A stretch of 64,000 nucleotides of DNA from contig OZ076409.1 of the NCBI GenBank assembly GCA_964187785.1, positions 25,050,001 to 25,114,000 on the forward strand. The letters are read 5' to 3'. Positions 26,713 to 39,585 of this stretch are shown here, one piece after another (within the stretch, counting starts at the first letter, position 1; each line of letters begins with the position of its first letter). This stretch comes from Amphiscolops sp. MND2022 (taxonomy: Eukaryota). Both the position numbers and the translations under genes were made by a program. Below the pieces are notes generated by a model that saw nothing but the letters and a program-made list of their open reading frames with translations, did no database searches and was not told the DNA's origin.

Positions 26713-27621
26713 TTGCCCAAATGGTAAAAACGATTTTGTTCCATATAATTTTTTGAACTTTTATTCAAGGTTTGTTTGTACAGTTTTGATCGTTTTTGTC
26801 AACATGAATATCTAAAAGTTAAATATCTATATTATTAAGGAAGTAATCGAATTCAATTACTTCCATAGCAAAACATATTTGATTGCGACATTGGATTTTT
26901 TGATGAAAAAGTACTTAACTGAGATAAAGACCGTCAAATTTTTTAAGACTTTTATGCCAACTGGTTTATTAGCTACCACCGATCCCTAAATTATGTCTTT
27001 GCTAAAATAGTTGAAACTTGACGCGCCAAAAGTATAGCAAATCGGTTAACCGAAACAAAATAAACAAAATTAAACGATTGATACCGAGCACAGCCTGAAA
27101 AATCTGAGTTCTCAAAAGAGATGGAAATTCAGCAAAAAAAGTTTTAAAAAAGTGGAGGGGAACAAACTGGATTAGCGGACTAAAAGTTCAGTGAAATCTG
27201 TTTCTCAAAAGCATACCATCTCAATTCTGTTGTGAACAAAGGAATCCCAAATCTAGGAGCTGAAATTCGATTGTACGGCCTAAAATTTGAGCTTCGAATC
27301 GAAACTACTGTCGCGACAGCGCACATTCATGAACAGTAAATTATTATTGGACCGATCGAAAATTATCCGTTCAATCGACTGACAGCGTCAAGCTCTAACT
27401 TATGCTTCGCGGGCTCAACAAAAAAGAGGTAATGATGTTTTTGTACCCATCAAATTAATCTACTTTATCGTGTATCAATCACACAAATTTGATCGCAGAA
27501 ATTGTTTAAAATTCTAACTTTTACTTTCATTGAATGCATAAAGCACTCATAAGTACACAAAGCTAAGTGAATTGTATCAAATAGTGATTTTCGTAAATTT
27601 TTGAGCTTCTGTTTGAATTGA

Positions 27622-27976
27622 AAACAAGATGAGAACGTCTCAGGCCGGAGATTAAAAATCTAAAGTGGCACCTTGTGGCCTTGGGAAACGCTTTTCTTTG
27701 CTAACATCAAATAAAAACAATTGAGTGAGAAAAAAATTCACGAAAAAAAATGCACTGCCGAAAAATCCAAAGGGACTTTTTGTAGTTTTTTATGTTTCGT
27801 AGGTGACGTTAAGATAATAAAAATTGGAGGCAAGACACTTTGCTTCCGTTAGTACGGCTAGAAGATTGTAAAATGTTGACCTTTCGGAGTGGAGAAATTC
27901 ATCTTTTAAAACAAAGATAGGAAAAGTTGTCACTGCAAGAGTCTGACTAGGTTGCAGAAAAGTGTCGAATCAAAAA
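27622..27976 (+). mobile_element. Degenerate family H copy
   Basis: aaacaagatgagaacgtctc ... gtcactgcaagagtctgactaggttgcagaaaagtgtcga. Confidence 0.5.
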
Positions 27977-28494
27977 TTCCGAATATGCCCAAGTCTAGTT
28001 CAACATCTCAAGTTAGTATAACAATGATTTGGTTTTGATGAAAAACTAATAGTTATGTTTACAGTTCCGTTGTTCAATTTTACCTTGGTTGGAATTGCTT
28101 GAATTTTTTACTTGTTTTTGTTGGTTGCACAATTATTATAATTTTATGAATTTTTATTGAAATTTCCATGCCTTGAAATTTTCTTATTTTGTTCGAGTTT
28201 GATCAAGCTGTCTTGAAGATGCATCCTAATTTTGGCGGCAATTCGAAGTCATGAACATTTGCTTGTTTCAAATATGCAAAACTTTATCAATTTTACTGCA
28301 TTGAAAACTTCCCAGTAGATTCAAATAAGGGAAGGAATTAGAATGCGCTGGTAACCAGGCGCTCAAAATTTTCTTATTGATTGCTTGTCACTTTCAAAAT
28401 CCTTGACAACTGTAGACTGCAAAACGTGATGAAATAAAATATAGCCCTGAGCAACCCTAGTTGAGTCTGCTTGAACTTTTTACATGCTGCAGGC

Positions 28495-28958
28495 GGGAAA
28501 TGGACGATTGAGTCCCAAATGCAAAAAGCGACAATTGAGTCCCAAAACAATATGAGTCCCAAAATAAATTAAATTTAGGGGGTCGACAATTGAGTCCCGC
28601 GACAATTGAGTCCCAAATAATTCAGAAATGAAATATTATTAAAACGTAGTCAGATATGTTCACATACCCCTAGTGCCCTAAATGCAGGAGCGAAGCGAAG
28701 CGGAGCGACGTGCCATATGGCCATGCCTCAATGTTGCTACTTGGCGAAGGGAGCGAAGCGACCGAGCCATACAACAAATATGCAACCTTTTCAATTGTCG
28801 CTATTTACATTTGGGACTCAACTGTCGGCATTTGGTAAGTTCGTCAAAGTAATTTGTTTGGGACTCAATTGTCGCGGCACTCAATTGACGCTTTTTGCAT
28901 TTGGGACTCAATTTGTATTGGGACTCAATTTGTTTTGGGACTCAATCGTTGCCTCACC
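28495..28958. mobile_element. Mutator-like (MULE) MITE, 464 bp
   Basis: Perfect 9-bp TSD GCTGCAGGC (28486-28494 and 28959-28967), GG...CC ends, TIRs built of repeated acaattgagtcccaaa / tttgggactcaatt. Confidence 0.85.
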
Positions 28959-29519
28959 GCTGCAGGCCTGCATGCAGGGTATTTTTTGAAAAACCTAGAA
29001 ATTTCAGTGAGCATCCGGTGGTAAATCTTGTAGAGTTACACTGCATACTTCAAGACTGCAATTACATTTGAAAATATTTCCCCTTCTTTCCGGACACGTT
29101 GTATTCACACAATAATTTCTCAACTACTCATCTGATTTAATCACCGCTTCTCAAACAGGACGCTGAAGATGACGCTAGTGCCCACTCAAGATTCAAAGAA
29201 GAAGTCTCTTGAATGTGTTCAGGCTAATTTCAAAAAACCCTGAAACCTAATTTGAAAAAATTCTCGCATAGCGCAAAAATATGTGAAAAAGGAGACACTT
29301 TGGTCTCATTCAAGTCTTTTGACACTTGGCTTAGTTTTGCTTTTTGGCATTTTCCGATTTTAATCGATCAATATCTCGAAAACAGCTGTTTGCAGCAAAA
29401 TTTGCCCGCAACCATGCAACCAACTTTGTATTTTTAATATTTCTGCTTTAGCAGGAATATTATTAATTTTTCTGCTTTAGCAGGAATATTATTGTAACCT
29501 CAAACTTTCTACTTAATTT

Positions 29520-30508
29520 TTTTCAGTACAATTTTTCGGACGATCTGAATATTTCAGATATTTTGTTCGGCAGTGACTGTAAGCGTGGGAAAGCTGCCGA
29601 CAACAATTCAATTCTAGTGCGATGGAACGAGCGAGTGGTAATTATCCATTCGTATGCTGACGTCATTGAGATGAAGCGAGCAAATGTTCGTAATTGTGCT
29701 TTCGTTGCCCCGAGTTATTGATGAAGCGAATGAGTGTTAATTATTCGTTCGTTGAGAGCTTCGCCTGCATTCAAATGCGAATGCGAAACTTCGTCTACGC
29801 TTAGTAGTTATATTTTCTTTAGTCCGAGAAGAATTAAAGGCGGTGTAAACTTGTACAGTGATTACATGTAATTGTGCGCTAAATAATGATTAAACAAGAG
29901 TGTATTGGTATTCCAGATATGATTCTTTTAATAATGAATTTTTTTTTCAAAAAAAATAAAGATTAAAGCAGAAATAGTACTGAGCCCCGGAGGGGCCTAT
30001 TTTTGAAATCTGGAAACGTGTACTTTTTTTCAGAACAATTTTTCGGACGATCTGAATAATTCAGATATTTTGTTCGGCAGTGAGTGTAAGCGAGAGAGCT
30101 GCCGAAGACAATTCAATTCTAGCGCGATGGAACGAGCGAGTGGTAATTATGCATTCGTATGCTGACGTCATTGAGATGAAGCGAGCGAATGTTCGTAATT
30201 GTGCTTTCGTTGCCCCGAGTTATTGAGATAAAGCGAATGAGTGTTGATTATTCGTTCGTTGAGAGCTTCGCCTGCATTCAAATGCGAATGCGAAACTTCG
30301 TCTACGCTTAGTAGTTATATTTTCTTTAGTCCGAGAAGAATTAAAGGCGGTGTAAACTTGTACAGTGATTAATTGTGCTCTAAGTAATGATTAAACAGAA
30401 GTGTATTGGTATTCCAGATATGATTCTTTTATTAATGATTTTTTTGTTTCAAAAAAAAAATAAAGATTAAAGCAGAAATAGTATTAAGCCCCGGGGGGCT
30501 ATTTTTGA
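29520..30508 (+). repeat. Head-to-tail dimer of family R (~490-bp units); repeated at ~35315-36304
   Basis: Two units start ttttcag.acaattttt(t)cggacgatctgaata and end agccccgg(a)gggg(c)ctattttt. Confidence 0.9.
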
Positions 30509-31067
30509 TACCGATCTCTAACGTTTGACCCGATCACTTTTTGTGAAAACGAATCCCTTATGATATTACTCTGCAAAACTATCACAAAATGCGAGTTCAT
30601 TTGTTTACTATAATAAATTTTTAATTTGATGGAATTACAACGGTTTGTAGCTGTTCACTTTTCATGAAAGTATTTTTAGAAATGCGTTCAAACTAAAACT
30701 TGAAGAACATAGTCTAGGCAACAGAAATTTATCCGCTGAGATCATTTTTCTGACCCGCAGTTTTTGTTTTTGAGGTATTGCATAATAAAGTCCAAAACTC
30801 ATTAAAACACCGCATGAAATTACTCGACTTCAAGACCAAAAAATACTGTTGTAGTTTGGTTAAAACCTGAAAAAAATTTTGCTCCTGAGACTTTTTGTTA
30901 AAAACCAATAGTATAAAAGGTATTGATCTTTTAAAATCTTCGCTAGTCAAATCGAGTGTCTTTAGATTTTGGTACCTTAGTGTATCAAGCGACAGCTCAT
31001 CAGGCGACAACTATTAGCAAGACGCTCGCTAAGCATTGGGATACTCTGCGCCGTCTTTAAAAAGTCT

Positions 31068-31138
31068 GGTGAAAACGGCGATCTTCGAACCCACTATCTA
31101 CTGCCTGATAGGCGGATGCGCTACCAACTGAGCCAAAG
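31068..31138 (-). pseudogene. tRNA-derived sequence (duplicate at ~36866-36936)
   Basis: Minus strand TGGCTCAGTTGGTAGCGCATCCGCCTATCAGGCAGTAGATAGTGGGTTCGAAG: A and B boxes present, acceptor and T stems defective. Confidence 0.6.
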
Positions 31139-34100
31139 TAACTAAATTATTAACTAACTGAAGTCGATGGAGATCGTGGAGATTTCGCAGAATTGCTAAA
31201 AAACGCAACACAAATTATAATTTTCCTCCCCTACACAATAAATTGTTGGGGCGGAAAATAACAAACCGCAAATCTGAGAATTCATATTAATCGACAACTC
31301 ATCAATTTAAACTCTATCAGAAAACTAACTCTTAATCTGGAAAAGTTTGAAGATTTTCTTCCAAATCTTTTATAAAAATTAATTCGGGAAAACTATTGGA
31401 GGGGTAATCGATTTTTACACAATGTAGTATAGTTACGGAGTTTTTTGATCAACATCTTTGCATTGGATGATAATTATTTTATTATCACACCTTATAAATG
31501 TGGAACGCTTTTGTGGAATCATTCCACAGAATTTCGGAATTTCTAATCGCAGCTAATCATAAAAATTTTGCAGTATAAATTGGTTATTTGTGTCCTTTTG
31601 ACATATGATTACAGTTGCAGTTTTTCTTAACGCATATGGGTTATCGCTTAATTTGAGTTCCCTTTTTGATGTTTCCAGAACTTTTTACATTATTTTGAAT
31701 GTTGCCAACAACTTGTACTATTCTTTTCTAGAATTCTAAGGGCAACTTTTGTGCGAAAAGATTTCCCTCTTATATTCGACTTTTTTCAAGCTGCTTGAAA
31801 GATTGTTTGGGAATTTGGCAATACTTTCAAACCGTGAAGTGTAGAAGGTTTTAATGCCCACCAGTTGTATTTTCAAATGCATCTGAGACCTTATCAATTT
31901 TACCACCAAGTCAATTTTAGTGGCGTTATAAACTGCAGACTATTGTTATCTTCAGCGTGTTGCCTGAGAAGCGTTGATTACATAAAAAATTACCCCGCGT
32001 GTATGCATATTGCACTCAAAAAGTGCCACCAGTCTCGAGGATGTATTCTTGTTAGTCGGCGCTTCTGTTAGAAAATGCAGACTAAAGTTATGGGTTATAA
32101 TGACCAGCCAAGTGGCCGATTTCTATACGTTTCTCTAGTTCGACTTTTGAACGGCAATTAGGCATTGTGAATGGGTGTTTGATATTCCATGCATTTGATG
32201 TTTCACAGTTTCAATTAAAATTCATCAAGCTCCCTAAAAGATGCATCCTGAATTTGGCGGCTGTTCAAATCCATGAGTTTTGCTAATTTTGTTATGCTAT
32301 AGTTCTGTGTTTAGAAGCGTTTTTATCATTTTTACCGCTATTTTACTACGAATCAATTTCAGTCTTTTCATAGACTTCGAAACAGCGTTGTAATCAGCAT
32401 GCAATTTAACTAAAAGTGATGACATAAGGAGCGTAATTCAAAAGCTCAAGTGTAAAAACGAAGTGATCGAGACAGTGTAGAAGTTGAGATCGTTTCAGTT
32501 TTGATGGAAATATTGGAAGCTGCATCGTAATCCTACAAAGTTTTTCCAAGCATGCTCCCGGTATTTCCTTTTTCTTTGCGAAAAAATTATCTTGAATGCA
32601 TGAAAGCCGCATGTAAAACTACACAGCAGATTCAACTAGGGCTACTGCTGACAACGATTTAGGATACATCAAATTTATTTTAGTCTATTATATTTACAAG
32701 CATCAGTAAATCCTTGGAGAACAAAAACATCTGATAACTTTTTTTCGGTGTTTTGAACCCAAACATACGTTCTTTGATGTTATTTGCGTTGGGCTATTTT
32801 TCTAACGTGTAATTCCATCAATACTCATCCATGGAATCAAAAATCGATTTATTTACGACTACAAGATAAACACGGATGGCTATATAGGGGGCTTAAGCGT
32901 CAATAATTTTTTTAAAAACCGATCCATGATTTTCCGCATTTCAAGGTCGTATTTCGGTGTAATATTTTATAGAAATCAATTGTGATGATGAACACAACGC
33001 TTTACGACTAGATGAAAAAACAAGATTTTAGATTTACTATAATTAAACGTCATTGTCGGTCGACATAAAATGTAAATTCAATAAATCTTGTCAGTCAATA
33101 TTCAATCAAAGCCACATTATTAAGAGAAATTATTTGTTTTGAAGTCTTTCTTGAAAAGAATGTTAGTTTGTTTGATGTTAGAATCCGCCTAATTTGAACA
33201 CCCACATTGATTACATGAAGAATTACTTCTGTAGTTTATAAACTTTTGATTGGTATTGATAGTGCCAACATTCTAGATTTGGGAGACTCCAGTTTCTGAG
33301 TTTTTGGAATATAATTTCCGGTTTGGGATCATAACGGGGGTTATCTTGCAGCGCTGTGCAAAACATTTTCGTACTTTTTGTATATTCATCTGCGTTGAAT
33401 TTCAAAATAACACTTCTCAATTGAAGTTTGCCCATTATGCCTCATCAAAATCTTGCTGTGAAAAATAATGACTGCTGTGATCACATAATATTTAACATAC
33501 TCAGCGCAAGGAGATTTCTTGTGGTTTGAGTTATTACTAAGCATGCCGGAAACGGCGGTCTTTTTCAACTAAAAATTTCTCACAATACCAAAAAGTCTAA
33601 AGAAGACCATTTGAACTCTATTAGCTCGCTTCCGTATTTTCAAAATTTTCAGAGGGACGTTTCTGAAACAGATTTTTAATCAAATCTCAGGCCAAAAAAT
33701 CCAAAGGGAGTTTTTTTTACATTTTCTAGTACATACTAAAGTAACCCTTACTAAAAGAAGTACTCCTATTCAGTTCGAAAATGAACAGTTATAGTGAGGA
33801 CTAGACAACTGAATGCTGAAGAAAATGCAAGCCCAAGTCGGCCCGTGCCGAAAGTCCCTCAAATATACTTGTAAAGGCTGATTCTAGTAGCTAAGGCGTT
33901 CGAACCGTCGGCCTGACCCTGGGATAATTTTAACTTGCAAAATTTTTTGAATTTCTATTGAAATTTCCATGCCTTGAAATTTTCTTATTTTGTTCGAGTT
34001 GGATCAAGCTGTCTTGAAGATGCATCCTAATTTTGGCGGCAATTCGAAGTCATGAACATTTGCTTGTTTCAAATATGCAAAATTTTATCAATTTTACTGC

Positions 34101-34295
34101 ATTGAAAACTTCCCAGTAGATTCAAATAAGGGAAGGAATTAGAATGCGCTGGTAACCAGGCGCTCAAAATTTTCTTATTGATTGCTTGTCACTTTCAAAA
34201 TCCTTGACAACTGTAGACTGCAAAACGTGATGAAATAAAATATAGCCCTGAGCAACCCTAGTGGAGTCTGCTTGAACTTTTTACATGCTGCAGGC

Positions 34296-34754
34296 GGGAA
34301 ATGGACGATTGAGTCCCAAATGCAAAAAGCGACAATTGAGTCCCAAAACAAATTGAGTCCCAAAATAAATTAAATTTAGGGGGTCGACAATTGAGTCCCG
34401 CGACAATTGAGTCCCAAATAATTCAGAAATGAAATATTATTAAAACGTAGTCAGATATGTTCACATACCCCTAGTGCCCTAAATGCAGGAGCGAAGCGGA
34501 GCGACGTGCCATATGGCCATGCCTCAATGTTGCTACTTGGCGAAGGGAGCGAAGCGACCGAGCCATACAACAAATATGCAACCTTTTCAATTGTCGCTAT
34601 TTACATTTGGGACTCAACTGTCGGCATTTGGTAAGTTCGTCAAAGTAATTTTTTTGGGACTCAATTGTTGCGGCACTCAATTGACGCTTTTTGCATTTGG
34701 GACTCAATTTGTATTGGGACTCAATTTGTTTTGGGACTCAATCGTTGCCTCACC
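34296..34754. mobile_element. Mutator-like MITE, duplicated copy
   Basis: Same TIRs and the same 9-bp TSD GCTGCAGGC (34287-34295 and 34755-34763). Confidence 0.85.
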
Positions 34755-37700
34755 GCTGCAGGCCTGCATGCAGGGTATTTTTTGAAAAACCTAGAAATTT
34801 CAGTGAGCATCCGGTGGTAAATCTTGTAGAGTTACACTGCATACTTCAAGACTGCAATTACATTTGAAAATATTTCCCCTTCTTTCCGGACACGTTGTAT
34901 TCACACAATAATTTCTCAACTACTCATCTGATTTAATCACTGCTTCTCAAACAGGACGCTGAAGATGACGCTAGTGCCCACTCAAGATTCAAAGAAGAAG
35001 TCTCTTGAATGTGTTCAGGCTAATTTCAAAAAACCCTGAAACCTAATTTGAAAAAATTCTCGCATAGCGCAAAATTATGTGAAAAAGGAGACACTTTGGT
35101 CTCATTCAAGTCTTTTGACACTTGGCTTAGTTTTGCTTTTTGGCATTTTCCGATTTTAATCGTTCAATATCTCGAAAACCGCTGTTCGCAGCAAAACTTG
35201 CCCGCAACCATGCAACCAACTTTGTATTTTTAATATTTCTGCTTTAGCAGGAATATTATTAATTTTTCTGCTTTAGCAGGAATATTATTGTAACCTCAAA
35301 CTTTCTACTTATTTTTTTTCAGTACAATTTTTCGGACGATCTGAATATTTCAGATATTTTGTTCGGCAGTGACTGTAAGCGTGGGAAAGCTGCCGACAAC
35401 AATTCAATTCTAGTGCGATGGAACGAGCGAGTGGTAATTATCCATTCGTATGCTGACGTCATTGAGATGAAGCGAGCAAATGTTCGTAATTGTGCTTTCG
35501 TTGCCCCGAGTTATTGATGAAGCGAATGAGTGTTAATTATTCGTTCGTTGAGAGCTTCGCCTGCATTCAAATGCGAATGCGAAACTTCGTCTACGCTTAG
35601 TAGTTATATTTTCTTTAGTCCGAGAAGAATTAAAGGCGGTGTAAACTTGTACAGTGATTACATGTAATTGTGCGCTAAATAATGATTAAACAAGAGTGTA
35701 TTGGTATTCCAGATATGATTCTTTTAATAATGAATTTTTTTTTCAAAAAAAATAAAGATTAAAGCAGAAATAGTACTGAGCCCCGGAGGGGCCTATTTTT
35801 GAAATCTGGAAACGTGTACTTTTTTTCAGAACAATTTTTCGGACGATCTGAATAATTCAGATATTTTGTTCGGCAGTGAGTGTAAGCGAGAGAGCTGCCG
35901 AAGACAATTCAATTCTAGCGCGATGGAACGAGCGAGTGGTAATTATGCATTCGTATGCTGACGTCATTGAGATGAAGCGAGAGAATGTTCGTAATTGTGC
36001 TTTCGTTGCACCGAGTTATTGAGATAAAGCGAATGAGTGTTAATTATTCGTTCGTTGAGAGCTTCGCCTGCATTCAAATGCGAATGCGAAACTTCGTCTA
36101 CGCTTAGTAGTTATATTTTCTTTAGTCCGAGAAGAATTAAAGGCGGTGTAAACTTGTACAGTGATTAATTGTGCTCTAAGTAATGATTAAACAGAAGTGT
36201 ATTGGTATTCCAGATATGATTCTTTTATTAATGATTTTTTTGTTTCAAAAAAAAATAAAGATTAAAGCAGAAATAGTATTGAGCCCCGGAGGGGCCTATT
36301 TTTGATACCGATCTCTAACGTTTGACCCGATCACTTTTTGTGAAAACAAATCCCTTATGATATTACTCTGCAAAACTATCACAAAATGCGAGTTCATTTG
36401 TTTACTATAATAAATTTTTAATTTGGTGGAATTACAACGGTTTGTAGCTGTTCACTTTTCATGAAAGTATTTTTAGAAATGCGTTCAAACTAAAACTTGA
36501 AGAACATAGTCTAGGCAACAGAAATTTATCCGCTGAGATCATTTTTCTGACCCGCAGTTTTTGTTTTTGAGGTATTGCATAATAAAGTCCAAAACTTATT
36601 AAAACACCGCATGAAATTACTCGACTTCAAGACCAAAAAATACTGTTGTAGTTTTGATTGAAACCTGAAAAAAATTTTGCTCCTGAGACTTTTTCTTAAA
36701 AGCCGATAGTATAAAAGGTATTGATCTTTTAAAATCTTCGCTAGTCAAATCGAGTGTCTTTAGATTTTGGTACCTTAGTGTATCAAGCGACAGCTCATCA
36801 GGCGACAACTATTAGCAAGACGCTCGCTAAGCATTGGGATACTCTGCGCCGTCTTTAAAAAGTCTGGTGAAAACGGCGATCTTCGAACCCACTATCTACT
36901 GCCTGATAGGCGGATGCGCTACCAACTGAGCCAAAGTAACTAAATTATTAACTAACTGAAGTCGATGGAGATCGTGGAGATTTCGCAGAATTGCTAAAAA
37001 ACGCAACACAAATTATAATTTTCCTCCCCTACACAATAAATTGTTGGGGCGGAAAATAACAAACCGCAAATCTGAGAATTCATATTAATCGACAACTCAT
37101 CAATTTAAACTCTATCAGAAAACTAACTCTTAATCTGGAAAAGTTTGAAGATTTTCTTCCAAATCTTTTATAAAAATTAATTCGGGAAAACTATTGGAGG
37201 GGTAATCGATTTTTACACAATGTAGTATAGTTACGGAGTTTTATGATCAACATCTTTGCATTGGATGATATTTATTTTATTATCACACCTTATAAATGTG
37301 GAACGCTTTTGTGGAATCATTCCACAGAATTTCGGAATTTCTAATCGCAGCTAATCATAAAAATTTTGCAGTATAAACTGGTTATTTGTGTCCTTTTGAC
37401 ATATGATTACAGTTGCAGTTTTTCTTAACGCATATGGGTTATCGCTTAATTTGAGTTCCCTTTTTGATGTTTCCAGAACTTTTTACATTATTTTGAATGT
37501 TGCCAACAACTTGTACTATTCTTTTCTACAATTCTAAGGGCAACTTTTGTGCGAAAAGATTTCCCTCTTATATTCGACTTTTTTCAAGCTGCTTGGAAGA
37601 TTCTTCGGGAATTTGATAATACTTTCAAACCGTGAAGTGTAGAAGGTTTTAATGCCCATCAGTTGTATTTTCAAATGCATCTGAGACCTTATCAATTTTA

Positions 37701-39470
37701 CCACCAAGTCAATTTCAGTGGCGTTATAAACTGCAGACTATTGTTATCTTCAGCGTGTTGCCTGAGAAGCGGTGATTACATAAAAAATTACCCCGCGTGT
37801 ATGCATATTGCACTCAAAAAGTGCCACCAGTCTCGAGGATGTATTCTTGTTAGTCGGCGCTTCTGTTAGAAAATGCAGACTAAAGTTATGGGTTATAATG
37901 ACCAGCCAAGTGGCCGATTTCTATACGTTTCTCTAGTTCGACTTTTGAACGGCCATTAGGCATTGTGAATGGGTGTTTGATATTCCATGCATTTGATGTT
38001 TCACAGTTTCAATTAAAATTCATCAAGCTCCCCAAAAGATGCAATCTGAATTTGGCGGCTGTTCAAATCCATGAGTTTTGCTAATTTTGTTATGCTATAG
38101 TTCTGTGTTTAGAAGCGTTTTTATCAATTTTACCGCTATTTTACTACGAATCAATTTCAGTCTTTTCATAGACTTCGAAACAGCGTTGTAATCAGCATGC
38201 AATTTAACTAAAAGTGATGACATAAGGAGCGTAATTCAAAAGCTCAAGTGTAAAAACGAAGTGATCGAGACAGTGTAGAAGTTGAGATCGTTTCAGTTTT
38301 GATGGAAATATTGGAAGCTGCATTCTAATCCTACAAAGTTTTTCCAAGCATGCTCCCAGTATTTCCTTTTTCTTTGCGAAAAAATTATCTTGAATGCATG
38401 AAAGCCGCATGTAAAACTACACAGCAGATTCAACTAGGGCTACTGCTGACAACGATTTAGGATACATCAAATTTATTTTAGTCTATTATATTTACAAGCA
38501 TCAGTAAATCCTTGGAGAACAAAAACAGATCTGATAACTTTTTTCGGTGTTTTGTACCCAAACATACGTTCTTTGATGTTATTTGCGTTGGGCTATTTTT
38601 CTAACGTGTAATTCCATCAATACTCATCCATGGAATCAAAAATCGATTTATTTACGACTACAAGATAAACACGGATGGCTATATAGGGGGCTTAAGCGTC
38701 AATAATTTTTTAAAAACCGATCCATGATTTTCCGCGTTTCAAGGTCGTATTTCGGTGTAATATTTTATAGAAATCAATTGTGATGATGAACACAACGCTT
38801 TACGACTAGATGAAAAAACAAGATTTTAGATTTACTATAATTAAACGTCATTGTCGGTCGACATAAAATGTAAATTCAATAATTCTTGTCAGTCAATATT
38901 CAATCAAAGCCACATTATTAAGAGAAATTATTTGTTTTGAAGTCTTTCTTGAAAAGAATGTTAGTTTGTTTGATGTTAGAATCCGCCTAATTTGAACACC
39001 CACATTGATTACATCAAGAATTACATCTGTAGTTTATAAACTTTTGATTGGTATTGATAGTGCCAACATTCTAGATTTGGGAGACTCCAGTTTCTGAGTT
39101 TTTGGAATATAATTTCCGGTTTGGGATCATAACGGGGGTTATCTTGCAGCGCTGTGCAAAACATTTTCGTACTTTTTGTATATTCATTTGCGTTGAATTT
39201 CAAAATATACTTCTCAATTCTGTTGAACTGTTTGCCCATTATGCTTCATCAAAATCTTGCTGTGAAAAATAATGACTGCTGTGATCACATAATATTTAAC
39301 ATACTCAGCGCAAGGAGATTTCTTGTGGTTTGAGTTATTACTAAGCATGTCGGAAACGGCGGTCTTTTTCAACTAAAAATTTCTCACAATACCAAAAAGT
39401 CTAAAGAGGACCACTTGAACTCTATTCGCTCGCTTCCGTATTTTCAAAATTTTCCGGGGGACGTTTAAAC

Positions 39471-39585
39471 GATTTTGATGAGGCATAATGGGCAAACGGT
39501 TCAACAGAATTGAGAAGTATATTTTGAAATTCAACGCAGATGAATATACAAAAAGTACGAAAATGTTTTGCACAGCGCTGCAAGA
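39471..39585 (-). repeat. 115-bp inverted copy of 39142-39256, present only in duplication copy 2
   Basis: Reverse complement of tcttgcagcgctgtgc...catcaaaatc; absent at the matching site in copy 1 (~33660). Confidence 0.93.

Larger units (their letters stand above)
28140..33869. repeat. 5.8-kb tandem segmental duplication, copy 1
   Basis: Colinear and near-identical to 33941-39773; paired ORFs in the track are offset by ~5800 bp. Confidence 0.97.

Noticed and set aside
28495..28958. Regularly spaced gagtcccaaa motifs as a mini-CRISPR or regulatory array
   Set aside because: They are inverted at the two ends and enclosed by a 9-bp TSD, so they are MITE TIRs.
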